A DNA stretch of 64,000 nt, from the NCBI GenBank assembly GCA_030765785.1, contig JAVCCC010000032.1:5787-69786 (forward strand). Direction: 5' to 3'. The position numbers and the translations under genes are program-made. Source of the stretch: Candidatus Aceula lacicola (GTDB lineage: Bacteria; Omnitrophota; Gorgyraeia; Zapsychrales; Aceulaceae). Below, in pieces: positions 35,047-46,248 of this stretch (position 1 is the stretch's first letter; every line of letters starts with the position of its first letter). The notes under the pieces are model-generated. The model did not search any database. It was given only the letters and a program-made list of their open reading frames with translations, and was not told the DNA's origin.

Positions 35047-35955
35047 GTGGAAATAGAGATGAAAGTAGAATTAAAAAAGATTGATGCAACAAAAAGAGAG
35101 CTTAAGTTTGAAATTTCTAAAGAGCGTGTTTCTAAGAAAATGGAGGAAGTTTTTAAGGAAATTACAAAGGCTGCGAAAGTAAAAGGGTTTCGTCCAGGGA
35201 AGGCGCCTCGCCATATCATTGAAGCAGAGCATGGAAAATTAGCTCAAGAAAAAATGATGGAGGAGCTGATCCCCGAATCTTATCAAGAAGCCTTGCAGAA
35301 AGAGAAGCTAAATCCAATTGATTTTCCTGAGATTTCAGATGTTAAAAATAAAGACGGTATTTTAACATTTAAAGCGTCTCTGGATATTCAGCCAGAATTT
35401 ACTGTTAAAGATTATAAGGGCATTAAAGTTAAAAAGAAAAAATCTGAAGTAACGGATGATGAAATTAAGAAAACGTTAGATTTTTTTAAGACGGCTCAAG
35501 GAAAAGATAAAAAGGATATTAAGATTGATGATGAATTTGCAAAAGGATTAGGATATCCAAGCTTAGATGAGATGAGGTCGTCTTTTAAGAAACAGATGGA
35601 AATTGAAAAAGAACGACAAAATCGTGCTGATGTTGAAAATCAGATTGTTGATTTTCTTGTTAAGAATACAAAGCTAAGCGTTCCTAAAACAACGGTTCAG
35701 CGTCATGTTGATAGATTAGCACACGATACTCGACATCGCATGGAGAGCCAAGGTGTTAAGAAAGAGGACTTAGATAAACGTGTTGATGAATTTGTTAAAA
35801 AGATTAAGCCGAATGCTGAGCGCGATGTAAAAGCATATTTTATTTTAGAAAAGATTGCACAAGAAGAAAAAATAACTGTTTCACAAGGTGAGAATTTATT
35901 TCAAAAAGTTATTGGCGTTCTTTTAAAAGAAGCCACATGGGAGGGGAAAAAATAA
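35047..35955 (+). CDS. tig: Trigger factor lacking the FKBP PPIase domain
   Basis: Ribosome-binding signature KGFRPGKAP; DDEFAK follows almost directly after the N-domain linker; lies upstream of clpP. Confidence 0.88.
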   Translation: MEIEMKVELKKIDATKRELKFEISKERVSKKMEEVFKEITKAAKVKGFRPGKAPRHIIEAEHGKLAQEKMMEELIPESYQEALQKEKLNPIDFPEISDVKNKDGILTFKASLDIQPEFTVKDYKGIKVKKKKSEVTDDEIKKTLDFFKTAQGKDKKDIKIDDEFAKGLGYPSLDEMRSSFKKQMEIEKERQNRADVENQIVDFLVKNTKLSVPKTTVQRHVDRLAHDTRHRMESQGVKKEDLDKRVDEFVKKIKPNAERDVKAYFILEKIAQEEKITVSQGENLFQKVIGVLLKEATWEGKK

Positions 35956-35956
35956 A

Positions 35957-36562
35957 ATGGAAACACGATCACAAGTTTTAGTGCCGATGGTTGTTGAAAA
36001 GACAGGTCAAGGTGAACGAGCCTATGACATTTATTCTCGGCTTTTAAAAGATCGCATTGTGTTTATTGGAACAGCGATCGATGACAATGTTGCCAATCTT
36101 ATCATTGCGCAGCTTTTGTTTTTGCAGTCAGAGGATTCATCCAAAGACATTAGTATTTATGTTAATTCTCCAGGCGGTTCGGTGACTGCAGGTTTGGCGA
36201 TTTATGATACCATGCAATTTTTAAAACCAGATATTCGTACGTATTGTATTGGTCAGGCTGCAAGCATGGGTGCTGTTCTCTTAACGGCTGGAGCAAAAGG
36301 TAAGCGATATGCGCTTCCATATTCACGCATCATGATTCATCAGCCTTGGGGCGGTGTTCAGGGAACGGCGAGTGATATTACGATTCAAGCTAAGGAAATT
36401 GGACGACTTAAAGAGAGTTTGCTTAATATTTTAGCATCTCATACGGGTCAGTCGATTGAAAAGATTACAGCAGATTCTGATAGAGATTTCTTTATGAGTG
36501 CGGAAGAGTCCAAGAATTATGGGCTGATTGATGAAGTGATTGTCAGCTCAGATAAAATGTAA
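35957..36562 (+). CDS. clpP: ATP-dependent Clp protease proteolytic subunit
   Basis: [29 protein letters not shown]. Confidence 0.97.
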   Translation: METRSQVLVPMVVEKTGQGERAYDIYSRLLKDRIVFIGTAIDDNVANLIIAQLLFLQSEDSSKDISIYVNSPGGSVTAGLAIYDTMQFLKPDIRTYCIGQAASMGAVLLTAGAKGKRYALPYSRIMIHQPWGGVQGTASDITIQAKEIGRLKESLLNILASHTGQSIEKITADSDRDFFMSAEESKNYGLIDEVIVSSDKM

Positions 36563-36593
36563 GAGTGTAGTAAATTTAGAGAAGTGTGCTGAA

Positions 36594-37589
36594 ATGAAAA
36601 TTTTAATTAGTGATAAGTTGCCTTCAGCTGGTATTGATATTTTAAAAGGTGTTCAAGAATTTGAAGTCAATTGTCAGTTTGGGATTAGTCCATCTGATCT
36701 TAAAGAAATTATTAAAGACTACGATGCGCTTATTGTTCGCAGTTCAACAAACGTGACAGCAGATATTATCGAGGTTGCTGGTAAATTAAAATTTATAGGG
36801 CGCGCTGGTGTTGGCGTTGATAATGTCGATCTTAAGGCTGCAACTCAAAAAGGGGTTGTGGTTATGAATACACCTTCCGGAAATACGACGGCAACAGCAG
36901 AGCAGACCATGAGTCTTATTTTGGCCTTGTCTCGCAATATTCCTCAAGCGTGCGCTTCTTTGAAATCAGGAAAATGGGAGAGATCCCGCTTTGTTGGCGT
37001 TGAGCTTTATGGCAAAACGCTTGGCATTATTGGATTGGGACGCATTGGATCCACGGTGGCAAGAATGGCGATACCGTTTGACATGAAACTAATTGGATTT
37101 GATCCTTTTATTTCTAGAGAGTCCGCAGAAGAAAATGGAGTCCAACTCGTAAGTCTTGATAATTTATTTAGGCAATCGGATTTTATTACAATTCATGTGC
37201 CGAAGAGCACAGAAACTAAGAGTTTGATTTCGGATAAAGAATTTGATTTGATGAAAAAAGATGTTCGCATTGTTAATTGCGCGCGTGGTGGTATTATTGA
37301 TGAATCTGCTCTTGTCCGTGCCTTGAAAAGTAATCGCATTAAAGGGTGCGCTTTGGATGTTTATGAATCTGAGCCACCTGATTTTGATTCAGAGTTATTT
37401 AGGCTGGACAATTGTATTACAACGCCTCATCTTGGCGCGGCAACATCAGAGGCAAAATTAAATATTGCTGTTGAGATTGCAGAGACGATTAAGAATGCTC
37501 TTTTAGGGCATGGAATTTCAAATGCAATTAATTTTCCATCTGCAAATTTGGCAAGAAATATTGAACTAGAAGCAAAGAAAGGGAGTTAA
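36594..37589 (+). CDS. serA: D-3-phosphoglycerate dehydrogenase (short form, no ACT domain)
   Basis: GRAGVGVDNVD, GLGRIG, NCARGG, TPHLGAATSEA. Confidence 0.8.
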   Translation: MKILISDKLPSAGIDILKGVQEFEVNCQFGISPSDLKEIIKDYDALIVRSSTNVTADIIEVAGKLKFIGRAGVGVDNVDLKAATQKGVVVMNTPSGNTTATAEQTMSLILALSRNIPQACASLKSGKWERSRFVGVELYGKTLGIIGLGRIGSTVARMAIPFDMKLIGFDPFISRESAEENGVQLVSLDNLFRQSDFITIHVPKSTETKSLISDKEFDLMKKDVRIVNCARGGIIDESALVRALKSNRIKGCALDVYESEPPDFDSELFRLDNCITTPHLGAATSEAKLNIAVEIAETIKNALLGHGISNAINFPSANLARNIELEAKKGS

Positions 37590-37593
37590 AGAA

Positions 37594-38616
37594 ATGAAAC
37601 GATTTTTTCTCGTATTAACGATCTGTGTATTTTTTGTATCGGTAAGCGTAGCCTGTTTAGCTCAAGAAGTACAAACGGAAATAAAGCAGCAAGAAGAGAT
37701 TGTGCCGCTTTGTCGTTCGAATCAAGATTGTATGCGTCCAGGAGTTGTTGGTGTTTGTCAATCTCCAGGGGAGAAAATTGCTCGCTGTGTTTGGCAAGAG
37801 GTCGCACAAATTCCTTTAGAGATTATTGTGCCCAATAACTGTCGAACATGCCAAGCGGAGTCAACAATCGCAGGGATACAGCAGATTTTTTTTGGTGTTA
37901 ATCCAATTTATTTAAATGAAGATGACGAAAGAGCCAAAGATTTTATTAAACGTTTTAAGATTGAAGTTTTGCCAGCGTATATTTTTTCACGTGAAATAGA
38001 AAGAGATCCTAATTTTGAGAAGTTTCAGGAAATGTCGATAAAAGATGAGGACCGATATTATTTAAAGCCCCAGTTTTCGGGTGTTTCTTATTTTTCAAAT
38101 CGTAAGTTTAAAAAGAATCAGCTTGATTTGTTTTTATCGATAGGTTCTCCAGGAATGTTTCAGTCAGTTAAAATTGCCGAAGAGATTAGTAAGGGTAAAA
38201 AAAGTAATATAAAGCTAAGTTTTCATTTTTTAGGAATAAAAAATTCTGATACGGGAGTTTGTGTTACGCCTGGCGGGCAAAGAGAAATGGAAGAAGAAAA
38301 AGTTTACGCATGTGTTGATAAATACTATCCCAAGAAATCTTTTGATTATTTGTCGTGTCGATTGCTGAAAATTAATAGTATTTGGATCGAAGATTGCCTG
38401 ATTCAAAACGGTATTAAAGTTAATAAAATAAAGAAATGTGCTCAGTCGAATGAAGGTCAGAAGCTTTTTGAGAAAATGATTCAATTGTCACAAGAGCTAG
38501 ATATTCGGTATGCACCAATTTTTTTAATGGATAATGTAGAAATCTTTGGAGTGACTGATCAGACGACCCCAGAAGAAATTATGACAGCGATTCAGTCCTT
38601 TGAAGACAAGAAATAG
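37594..38616 (+). CDS. Secreted Cys-rich protein with thioredoxin/GILT-like segments
   Basis: Signal peptide; N-terminal Cys cluster; CRTC; C-half resembling DsbA/GILT-like folds (inference). Confidence 0.55.
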   Translation: MKRFFLVLTICVFFVSVSVACLAQEVQTEIKQQEEIVPLCRSNQDCMRPGVVGVCQSPGEKIARCVWQEVAQIPLEIIVPNNCRTCQAESTIAGIQQIFFGVNPIYLNEDDERAKDFIKRFKIEVLPAYIFSREIERDPNFEKFQEMSIKDEDRYYLKPQFSGVSYFSNRKFKKNQLDLFLSIGSPGMFQSVKIAEEISKGKKSNIKLSFHFLGIKNSDTGVCVTPGGQREMEEEKVYACVDKYYPKKSFDYLSCRLLKINSIWIEDCLIQNGIKVNKIKKCAQSNEGQKLFEKMIQLSQELDIRYAPIFLMDNVEIFGVTDQTTPEEIMTAIQSFEDKK

Positions 38617-39927
<1,311 letters not shown>

Positions 39928-40021
39928 GAACGCATCTTGTTACAAATATTAGGGTTAGTCAATTTTCTTGACTTTGATTAGGCCTTATGTTAATGTGAGT
40001 TATTATAAAAAGGAGGAAGAA

Positions 40022-40663
40022 ATGCGTAGTTTTTTATCAACATTTGTTTTCATTTGTTTAGTGGTTTTATTGAGCATGAGCGTTATTGGGTGTACTGTTG
40101 TTATCCAAAAAGGAAGATCTAGTGATATTCAGAAAATATCAAGCCTAAAGCGTGAACTTAGCAGTCTTGAGAGAGCTAAGCAAGAGCTTGAGAGTAAGCT
40201 TAAAGGGGAAATTGATGATCGTCAAGTGTCTGTTGAAATGCTCGAGCGAGGTCTTGTTATTACGTTTGTTTCAGAAGTTTTGTTTGATTCTGGAAAAGCA
40301 AAGCTTCGTGGTGATTCTTTAGAAAAATTAGACAAAGTTTCTGATGTTCTAAAGACAACAGTTAAAGATCTTGATGTTGGGATTGAAGGACATACAGATA
40401 ATGTTCCAATTAAATATTCTGGGTGGAAATCAAATTGGGAGCTTTCTTCAGCACGTGCGATGAGTGTTTTGCATTATCTTGTCGATGATGACGGAGTGAA
40501 CCCGGGACGTCTCGCTGCAACAGGATACGGTGAATTTCGGTCAATCGTTTCAAATGAAACAAAAAAAGGACGACAAGAAAATCGTCGTGTTGAAATTGTC
40601 ATTTTGCCAAACACGGTTAAGGAAAAAAATTCAGTAGAAGTCATTGAAGAGAATTTAAAATAA
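40022..40663 (+). CDS. OmpA/MotB-family peptidoglycan-binding lipoprotein
   Basis: GGAGG RBS; lipobox SVIGC; coiled coil; LFDSGKA, IEGHTD, NWELSSARA, NRRVEI. Confidence 0.85.
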   Translation: MRSFLSTFVFICLVVLLSMSVIGCTVVIQKGRSSDIQKISSLKRELSSLERAKQELESKLKGEIDDRQVSVEMLERGLVITFVSEVLFDSGKAKLRGDSLEKLDKVSDVLKTTVKDLDVGIEGHTDNVPIKYSGWKSNWELSSARAMSVLHYLVDDDGVNPGRLAATGYGEFRSIVSNETKKGRQENRRVEIVILPNTVKEKNSVEVIEENLK

Positions 40664-40669
40664 TCTTTT

Positions 40670-41038
40670 ATGAATAAGCAGTTTAAAGAAAAAACTTTTG
40701 GTATTTTTGCTGTTTTAACCATAGCTTGTCTAGGCGTTGCTATTGTGGCGAGTCAGAAATTCGGCACAGCCAAAGAAGGTTTAAATGAGGAGCGATATCA
40801 GCGCATGGTGGCAGAAGAAAAGTTGGAAAAAGCCAAAAGCAAAAACCGTGTGCTAGAAACAAAATCGGAACAAATGAAAAAAGAGCTGGATCAGCTTAAT
40901 GCATTATTAAAAGAAGATAAAGGCGCGATTGCCGATTTAAAGATGGAACTTGAAAAAACAACGCGACTTAGTCTAATTTTGCAAAAAGAGCTTAAAAACG
41001 CACTTGTTACCGACAAGTCAACCTCAAAAACGCGATGA
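40670..41038 (+). CDS. Hypothetical membrane-anchored coiled-coil protein
   Basis: N-terminal TM helix followed by a heptad-rich charged helix. Confidence 0.65.
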   Translation: MNKQFKEKTFGIFAVLTIACLGVAIVASQKFGTAKEGLNEERYQRMVAEEKLEKAKSKNRVLETKSEQMKKELDQLNALLKEDKGAIADLKMELEKTTRLSLILQKELKNALVTDKSTSKTR

Positions 41039-41104
41039 ATGAACTTGTGAGCATAAGATGAGATAGGGTAATTTGGCTGAATGACGATTTTGCGGCATCG
41101 ATAC

Positions 41105-41126
41105 GGGGGATAACTATCCCCCATTT
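41105..41126 (+). terminator. Possible terminator hairpin
   Basis: GGGGGAT-AACT-ATCCCCC followed by ATTTT, upstream of uppS. Confidence 0.35.
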
Positions 41127-41143
41127 TAATTGGCAACAGCATT

Positions 41144-41866
41144 ATGAATAAAGTAAGAGTACCTCAGCATGTAGCGATTATAATGGACGGCAATGGGCGT
41201 TGGGCTAAGGCCAGGCGCATGCCGCGTTCTTATGGTCATCTAAATGGAGTTAAGCGTGTTGATGAGATTGTTGCGGCAGCGCAGAGAATGGGAGTTAAGG
41301 CGTTAACGCTATTTGCTTTTTCATCTGAGAATTGGAAGAGACCTAAGGCTGAAGTTTCGATGCTAATGAAAACGTTGGCCTCTAATCTTGATAGGAAAGC
41401 TAAGGAACTTCATCGGCTTGGGATTCGTTTTAAGGTCATTGGGCGAAGCGAAGGTGTTCCAGATCTTGTTTTGAGAAGTTTGGAGAATGCTCAAGAAAAG
41501 ACTCATGGCAATAATGGGATGACATTAAATTTGGCGTTTAATTATGGCGCACGGCAAGAGATTGTTGATGCGGTGCGTAAGATTGCATCGGATGCTAAAA
41601 AGGGAAAATTAAGGGTTGAGAAAATTGATGAAAAAACTGTATCAGACGCGCTATATACGAAAGATTTACCAGATCCAGATTTATTAATTCGAACTTCTGG
41701 AGAGATGCGCATTAGCAATTTTCTTCTTTGGCAATTATCGTACGCAGAATTTTATTTTACAAATAAGCATTGGCCGGAATTTACGGAAAAGGAATTTCAG
41801 AAAGCAATTTTAGATTTTCAAGGTCGACAGCGACGATATGGAGCGGCTAGATCTAAGAAAGGGTAG
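41144..41866 (+). CDS. uppS: Undecaprenyl diphosphate synthase
   Basis: HVAIIMDGNGRWA, FSSENWKR, IRTSGEMRISNFLLWQ. Confidence 0.97.
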   Translation: MNKVRVPQHVAIIMDGNGRWAKARRMPRSYGHLNGVKRVDEIVAAAQRMGVKALTLFAFSSENWKRPKAEVSMLMKTLASNLDRKAKELHRLGIRFKVIGRSEGVPDLVLRSLENAQEKTHGNNGMTLNLAFNYGARQEIVDAVRKIASDAKKGKLRVEKIDEKTVSDALYTKDLPDPDLLIRTSGEMRISNFLLWQLSYAEFYFTNKHWPEFTEKEFQKAILDFQGRQRRYGAARSKKG

Positions 41867-41874
41867 ACAGAGAA

Positions 41875-42696
41875 ATGTCTTTAAAGAGAGTCTTAAGTTC
41901 ATCAGTTATGATTTTGTTAACAATTTTGGCTGTTGTTAATAAGTGGTTTTTCATTGGGTTTATTGTTTTTTTGACAGCGGGAGGGCTTTATGAGTTCTTT
42001 TATTTGATTAAGAAAAAGGGGATTCCTATTTATAGTTATGTTGGGATTTTTATTGGAATCCTTATTCCGCTTTCAATTTTTACAAACTTCCAGCTTACTA
42101 AGAATTGGGAACTTTTATTTATTGTTATTGGTTTTTTGATGCTTTTGCTTTTACAATTTGCACGTGAAGATAACCGAAACGCTATTGTAGGGATATCAAC
42201 CACGCTATTTGGTGTTTTATATGTTTCTTGGTTTTTTAGTTTTTTAGTTAAGATCCGACTTATGATTCCAGGGATTAACGGGGTGAAGCTAGTAGGGTTT
42301 ATTCTTATCGTAACAAAGGCTGCCGACATCGGTGCTTTATTTATTGGAAGCAAATTTGGAAAGCATCCACTTTTGCCACGCGTAAGCCCGAACAAGTCAA
42401 TAGAGGGTTTGGTTGGAAGTTTGGCGTTTAGCGGTATTGCTGCAATCTTGGCGAGATCATTTTTACCAGCAGCATTAAATTATACGGTGATGCAGGTTGT
42501 TTTAATAGGTGTGTTTTTTGGGGCTATTGGTCAGTTGGGAGATCTTTCTGAATCGATGATTAAACGTGATTGTAACGTAAAGGATTCTGGTAAATTGCTT
42601 CCAGGACTGGGTGGCATACTTGACGTGATTGATAGTCTTTTATTTTCGGCCCCAGCTTTTTATTTATATATGAGCTCTGCTCTAAATACATTATAG
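41875..42696 (+). CDS. cdsA: Phosphatidate cytidylyltransferase
   Basis: SPNKSIEG, GDLSESMIKR..VKDSG..PGLGGILD. Confidence 0.94.
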   Translation: MSLKRVLSSSVMILLTILAVVNKWFFIGFIVFLTAGGLYEFFYLIKKKGIPIYSYVGIFIGILIPLSIFTNFQLTKNWELLFIVIGFLMLLLLQFAREDNRNAIVGISTTLFGVLYVSWFFSFLVKIRLMIPGINGVKLVGFILIVTKAADIGALFIGSKFGKHPLLPRVSPNKSIEGLVGSLAFSGIAAILARSFLPAALNYTVMQVVLIGVFFGAIGQLGDLSESMIKRDCNVKDSGKLLPGLGGILDVIDSLLFSAPAFYLYMSSALNTL

Positions 42697-42697
42697 G

Positions 42698-43852
42698 ATG
42701 AGTTTGAAAAAAGTTGCCATATTAGGATCAACAGGATCTATTGGGATTAGTACTTTAAAGATTATTGAGCGGTTCCCAAAAAAGTTTATTGTGACAGCGC
42801 TTAGTGCGCATAATAATGTATCGCTCCTTGAAAAACAAATAAAGAAGTTTAACCCGAAATATGTTGCGCTTCAAAAAGAAAAGATTTCAGATCTAAGAAA
42901 AAGAATTGGCACTTGTCGTGTTAAGATTTTTGATTCTGGCTCTGAGATTGCATCTTTAGTTAATCGTAAGGATATTGATATTGTTATTTTAGGCATTCAA
43001 GGGAGAGCTGCTTTAGAACCTTTTTTGGAGGCTACTCGTTGCGGTAAAGTCATCGCTCCTGCAAACAAGGAGGCATTGGTTATGGCCGGTGACATTATCA
43101 TGAAGGAAGCCAGAAAGCACAAGGCGACGGTTATTCCTGTTGATAGCGAGCAGAGTGCAATTTTTCAGTGTTTAGAGGGTCGAGACAAGAGTGAGCTTAA
43201 GAAAGTATATTTAACGGCTTCAGGTGGTTCTTTGAAAAATATAAATCAGGCAAGATTTGACAAAATGACTGTTAATCAAATCTTGAGTCATCCTCGCTGG
43301 AGTATGGGAAAAAAGATTACAGTTGATTCTGCAACATTGATGAATAAAGGTTTAGAGGTGATTGAAGCAATGCGATTGTTTGACTTACCGGCGGAAAAGA
43401 TCGAAGTGATAATTCATCCAGAATCCATTATTCATTCAATGGTCGAATTTACAGATGGCGCGATTATTGCCCAACTGGGCGTGACTGACATGCGCATACC
43501 GATACAGTATGCAATGACTTATCCGAAGAGGATGGAGACGGGACTTGCTCCTCTAGATTTTGTAAAACAAAAATTTTTGACGTTTCAAAGGCCAGATTTT
43601 AAGAAGTTTCCTTCTTTAAAATTATGTTATGACGTTGCTAGAAAATCTGGAAGTTTGCCAAGCGTTTTGAACGCAGCCAATGAAGAGGTCGTTGATGCGT
43701 TTTTAAAGAAAGAAATAAAATTTTCACAGATGTATAAAATTGTTCAAAAAGTTGTTCGACGACATAAGACGATAAAGAATCCTAATTTAAGGATGATTCT
43801 GGAGTCAGATAGATGGGCGCGCGAGCAAACGCGAAAGGAAATAAGTAAGTAA
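42698..43852 (+). CDS. dxr: 1-deoxy-D-xylulose-5-phosphate reductoisomerase
   Basis: LGSTGSIG, ANKEAL, PVDSEQSAIFQ, WSMGKKITVDSATLMNKGLE. Confidence 0.97.
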   Translation: MSLKKVAILGSTGSIGISTLKIIERFPKKFIVTALSAHNNVSLLEKQIKKFNPKYVALQKEKISDLRKRIGTCRVKIFDSGSEIASLVNRKDIDIVILGIQGRAALEPFLEATRCGKVIAPANKEALVMAGDIIMKEARKHKATVIPVDSEQSAIFQCLEGRDKSELKKVYLTASGGSLKNINQARFDKMTVNQILSHPRWSMGKKITVDSATLMNKGLEVIEAMRLFDLPAEKIEVIIHPESIIHSMVEFTDGAIIAQLGVTDMRIPIQYAMTYPKRMETGLAPLDFVKQKFLTFQRPDFKKFPSLKLCYDVARKSGSLPSVLNAANEEVVDAFLKKEIKFSQMYKIVQKVVRRHKTIKNPNLRMILESDRWAREQTRKEISK

Positions 43853-43853
43853 A

Positions 43854-44942
43854 ATGGGAACATTAGTTTTTATTGTTGTTTTAAGCGTTTTGGTTATTGT
43901 TCATGAGTATGGGCATTTTGTTGTCGCAAAATCTTTAGGAGTCAAGGTTGAGCGTTTTGCGATTGGGTTCGGGCCAAAGATTATTGGGAAAACATTTAAT
44001 GGCACAGAGTTTTTGATTTGCCTTGTTCCTTTAGGCGGTTATGTCAAGATGGCAGGTGATGAGCGAAGCGAGTGCAAAGGCGAAAGAGATGAATTTTACT
44101 CTAAGCCAGTGGGTTTAAGATCTCTGGTGGTTGTGGCGGGTCCGATTGTAAATTATGTCTTTGCTTTTTTATGTTTTTGTATTGTATTTTTTGTTGGATA
44201 TCCGACTATGACAACGCAAGTTGGAGAATTGGTTGATGATTATCCTGCGGTGAAGGCAGGACTAGCCGTTGGTGACAAGATTTTATCAATTGGTTCTGAG
44301 AAAATGGATAGCTGGGAAGATGTTCAGAAATATATTGCAAATTCTAAAGATTCAAAGCTTGATATGGTTGTTTTGAGAGGGAGCAAGAAAGAGAGCATTC
44401 TTTTAGCATCTGTCCTTACGACATCGGAAAATATTTTTGGTCAAAAGATTGAATCGCGCGTTGTTGGTATTAAGCCAAAAGAAGAGATTGTTTTATTGCG
44501 CTATGGTGTTGCTGAATCAATTTTGAAGGCTTTTGAAAAGTTAAAAGACATTACATTTACGACGTATAAGGCGTTGTATTTAATGGTGACAGGATCAATG
44601 TCTGCTAAAGATGCGGTAACCGGTCCTATTGGAATATTTTATATTATTAAGAAGGCAGCGACGATGGGATTTTCTTATGTCATGTATATTATGGCGGTGA
44701 TATCGGCAAGTTTGGCCATCTTTAATCTATTGCCTTTTCCTGTTTTAGATGGAGGACATTTGCTTTTGTTTGGAATTGAAAGAATAAAAGGAAAACCATT
44801 ATCGCAAAAAGTTGACGACGTGATTCATCGTGTTGGATTTAGTTTTATTATTTGCTTAGCTGTGTTTGTTTTTTATACGGATTTTGTTCGTTATGGAATA
44901 TTTGATAAAATTATTCAATTTGGTCATCATTTAGGGTTTTAA
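43854..44942 (+). CDS. rseP: RIP metalloprotease RseP
   Basis: HEYGH, LGGYVKM, AGP, PDZ domain, NLLPFPVLDGG. Confidence 0.95.
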   Translation: MGTLVFIVVLSVLVIVHEYGHFVVAKSLGVKVERFAIGFGPKIIGKTFNGTEFLICLVPLGGYVKMAGDERSECKGERDEFYSKPVGLRSLVVVAGPIVNYVFAFLCFCIVFFVGYPTMTTQVGELVDDYPAVKAGLAVGDKILSIGSEKMDSWEDVQKYIANSKDSKLDMVVLRGSKKESILLASVLTTSENIFGQKIESRVVGIKPKEEIVLLRYGVAESILKAFEKLKDITFTTYKALYLMVTGSMSAKDAVTGPIGIFYIIKKAATMGFSYVMYIMAVISASLAIFNLLPFPVLDGGHLLLFGIERIKGKPLSQKVDDVIHRVGFSFIICLAVFVFYTDFVRYGIFDKIIQFGHHLGF

Positions 44943-44970
44943 TAGAAGCTCAAACCTAAGGAGAGCGCAA

Positions 44971-46236
44971 ATGAATCTCGACAGAGTTAGAAATCTTGTC
45001 CAACAGCATTTAATCACGAAAACAGATTTTTTATCTGTTAAAGATAAATTGGATGAAGATCAGTTGCGCTTGCAGACAAAGAGTGCCATTGATTTTATTT
45101 GTGCTCAAAACGAGATTGTACTTACGGATGAAGAGAAAGGAAGCTTGATTCGTGAAATGGTAAGCTCTGTCATTAGTCTTGGACCATTGCGTCCGCTAAT
45201 GGAAGACGATACAATTACAGAAATTATGATTAATGGGCCAGATACGATTTATCTTCAAAAAGATGGAAAGATTGAGCTTAGCGATGTTAAGTTTGCTGAT
45301 TCAAAAGAATTGATGCATACTGTTCAAAAGATTTTGTCTGCATCGGGATCGGGAAGGCGAGTCGATGAGTCTTCGCCATATGTTGATTTTTCTTTTCCTG
45401 ATGGATCGCGTGTCAATATTATTTTACCGCCAGTTTCTCTGGTTGGTCCGGTCTTGACCATTCGAAAGTTTTCATCTCAGATCGAAACTTTAGAGGATCT
45501 TCTAAAGTTAGAAATGTTAAGCCCTGAAATGGGAGATTTTTTAATCGCTGCGATTAAAGCAAAGCTCAACATTATTTTTTCTGGAGCAACTGGAACAGGA
45601 AAGACAACAGCGTTAAATGTTCTTTCAAAATATATTCCAGAAGAAGAGCGTATCATTACAATTGAAGATACGGCAGAGCTTGGGCTTAAGCAGAGACATG
45701 TTGTTCGGCTCCAAGCAAAATCGTCAAACATTGAAGGAAAGGGCGTTATCAGTATTCGAGATTTATTTATTAATTCGCTTCGTATGAGGCCTGACAGAAT
45801 TATTATTGGTGAGGTTCGCGGATCAGAGGCGCTGGATCTTATCCAATCAATTAGTAGCGGTCATTCTGGGTCGCTTGCGATTGTGCATGGCGATTCTCCT
45901 CGAGATTGTTACAATCGACTTGTTACGATGCTTTTGATGAGCGGTATTCATTTAAGTGTTGATGAAATCAGGCGTCAAATTGTAAGTGCGATTGATTTAA
46001 TTGTTCATGTAGAGCTTTTTGTAGATGGTAAAAGACGGATAACACATATTGCTGATTTACAGCATGATAAAGAAAAGAATGAAGTATCGTTGCATGACAT
46101 CTTTTATTATAAGCAAGAGAAGATTACAGATGAAGGGAAAGTGCTCGGCAATTGGTTTGTTAAAAAACGCAAGCCATCATTTCATGATAAATTTGTTAAA
46201 CGTAACGTTAAGTTAGACAAAAACTTTTTTGAATAG
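44971..46236 (+). CDS. cpaF: CpaF/TadA-family pilus assembly ATPase
   Basis: LGPLRPLM..EIMING, RRVDESSPYVD, GATGTGKTT, IEDTAEL, LRMRPDRIIIGEVRG. Confidence 0.9.
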   Translation: MNLDRVRNLVQQHLITKTDFLSVKDKLDEDQLRLQTKSAIDFICAQNEIVLTDEEKGSLIREMVSSVISLGPLRPLMEDDTITEIMINGPDTIYLQKDGKIELSDVKFADSKELMHTVQKILSASGSGRRVDESSPYVDFSFPDGSRVNIILPPVSLVGPVLTIRKFSSQIETLEDLLKLEMLSPEMGDFLIAAIKAKLNIIFSGATGTGKTTALNVLSKYIPEEERIITIEDTAELGLKQRHVVRLQAKSSNIEGKGVISIRDLFINSLRMRPDRIIIGEVRGSEALDLIQSISSGHSGSLAIVHGDSPRDCYNRLVTMLLMSGIHLSVDEIRRQIVSAIDLIVHVELFVDGKRRITHIADLQHDKEKNEVSLHDIFYYKQEKITDEGKVLGNWFVKKRKPSFHDKFVKRNVKLDKNFFE

Positions 46237-46248
46237 AGGAAATCTTAT

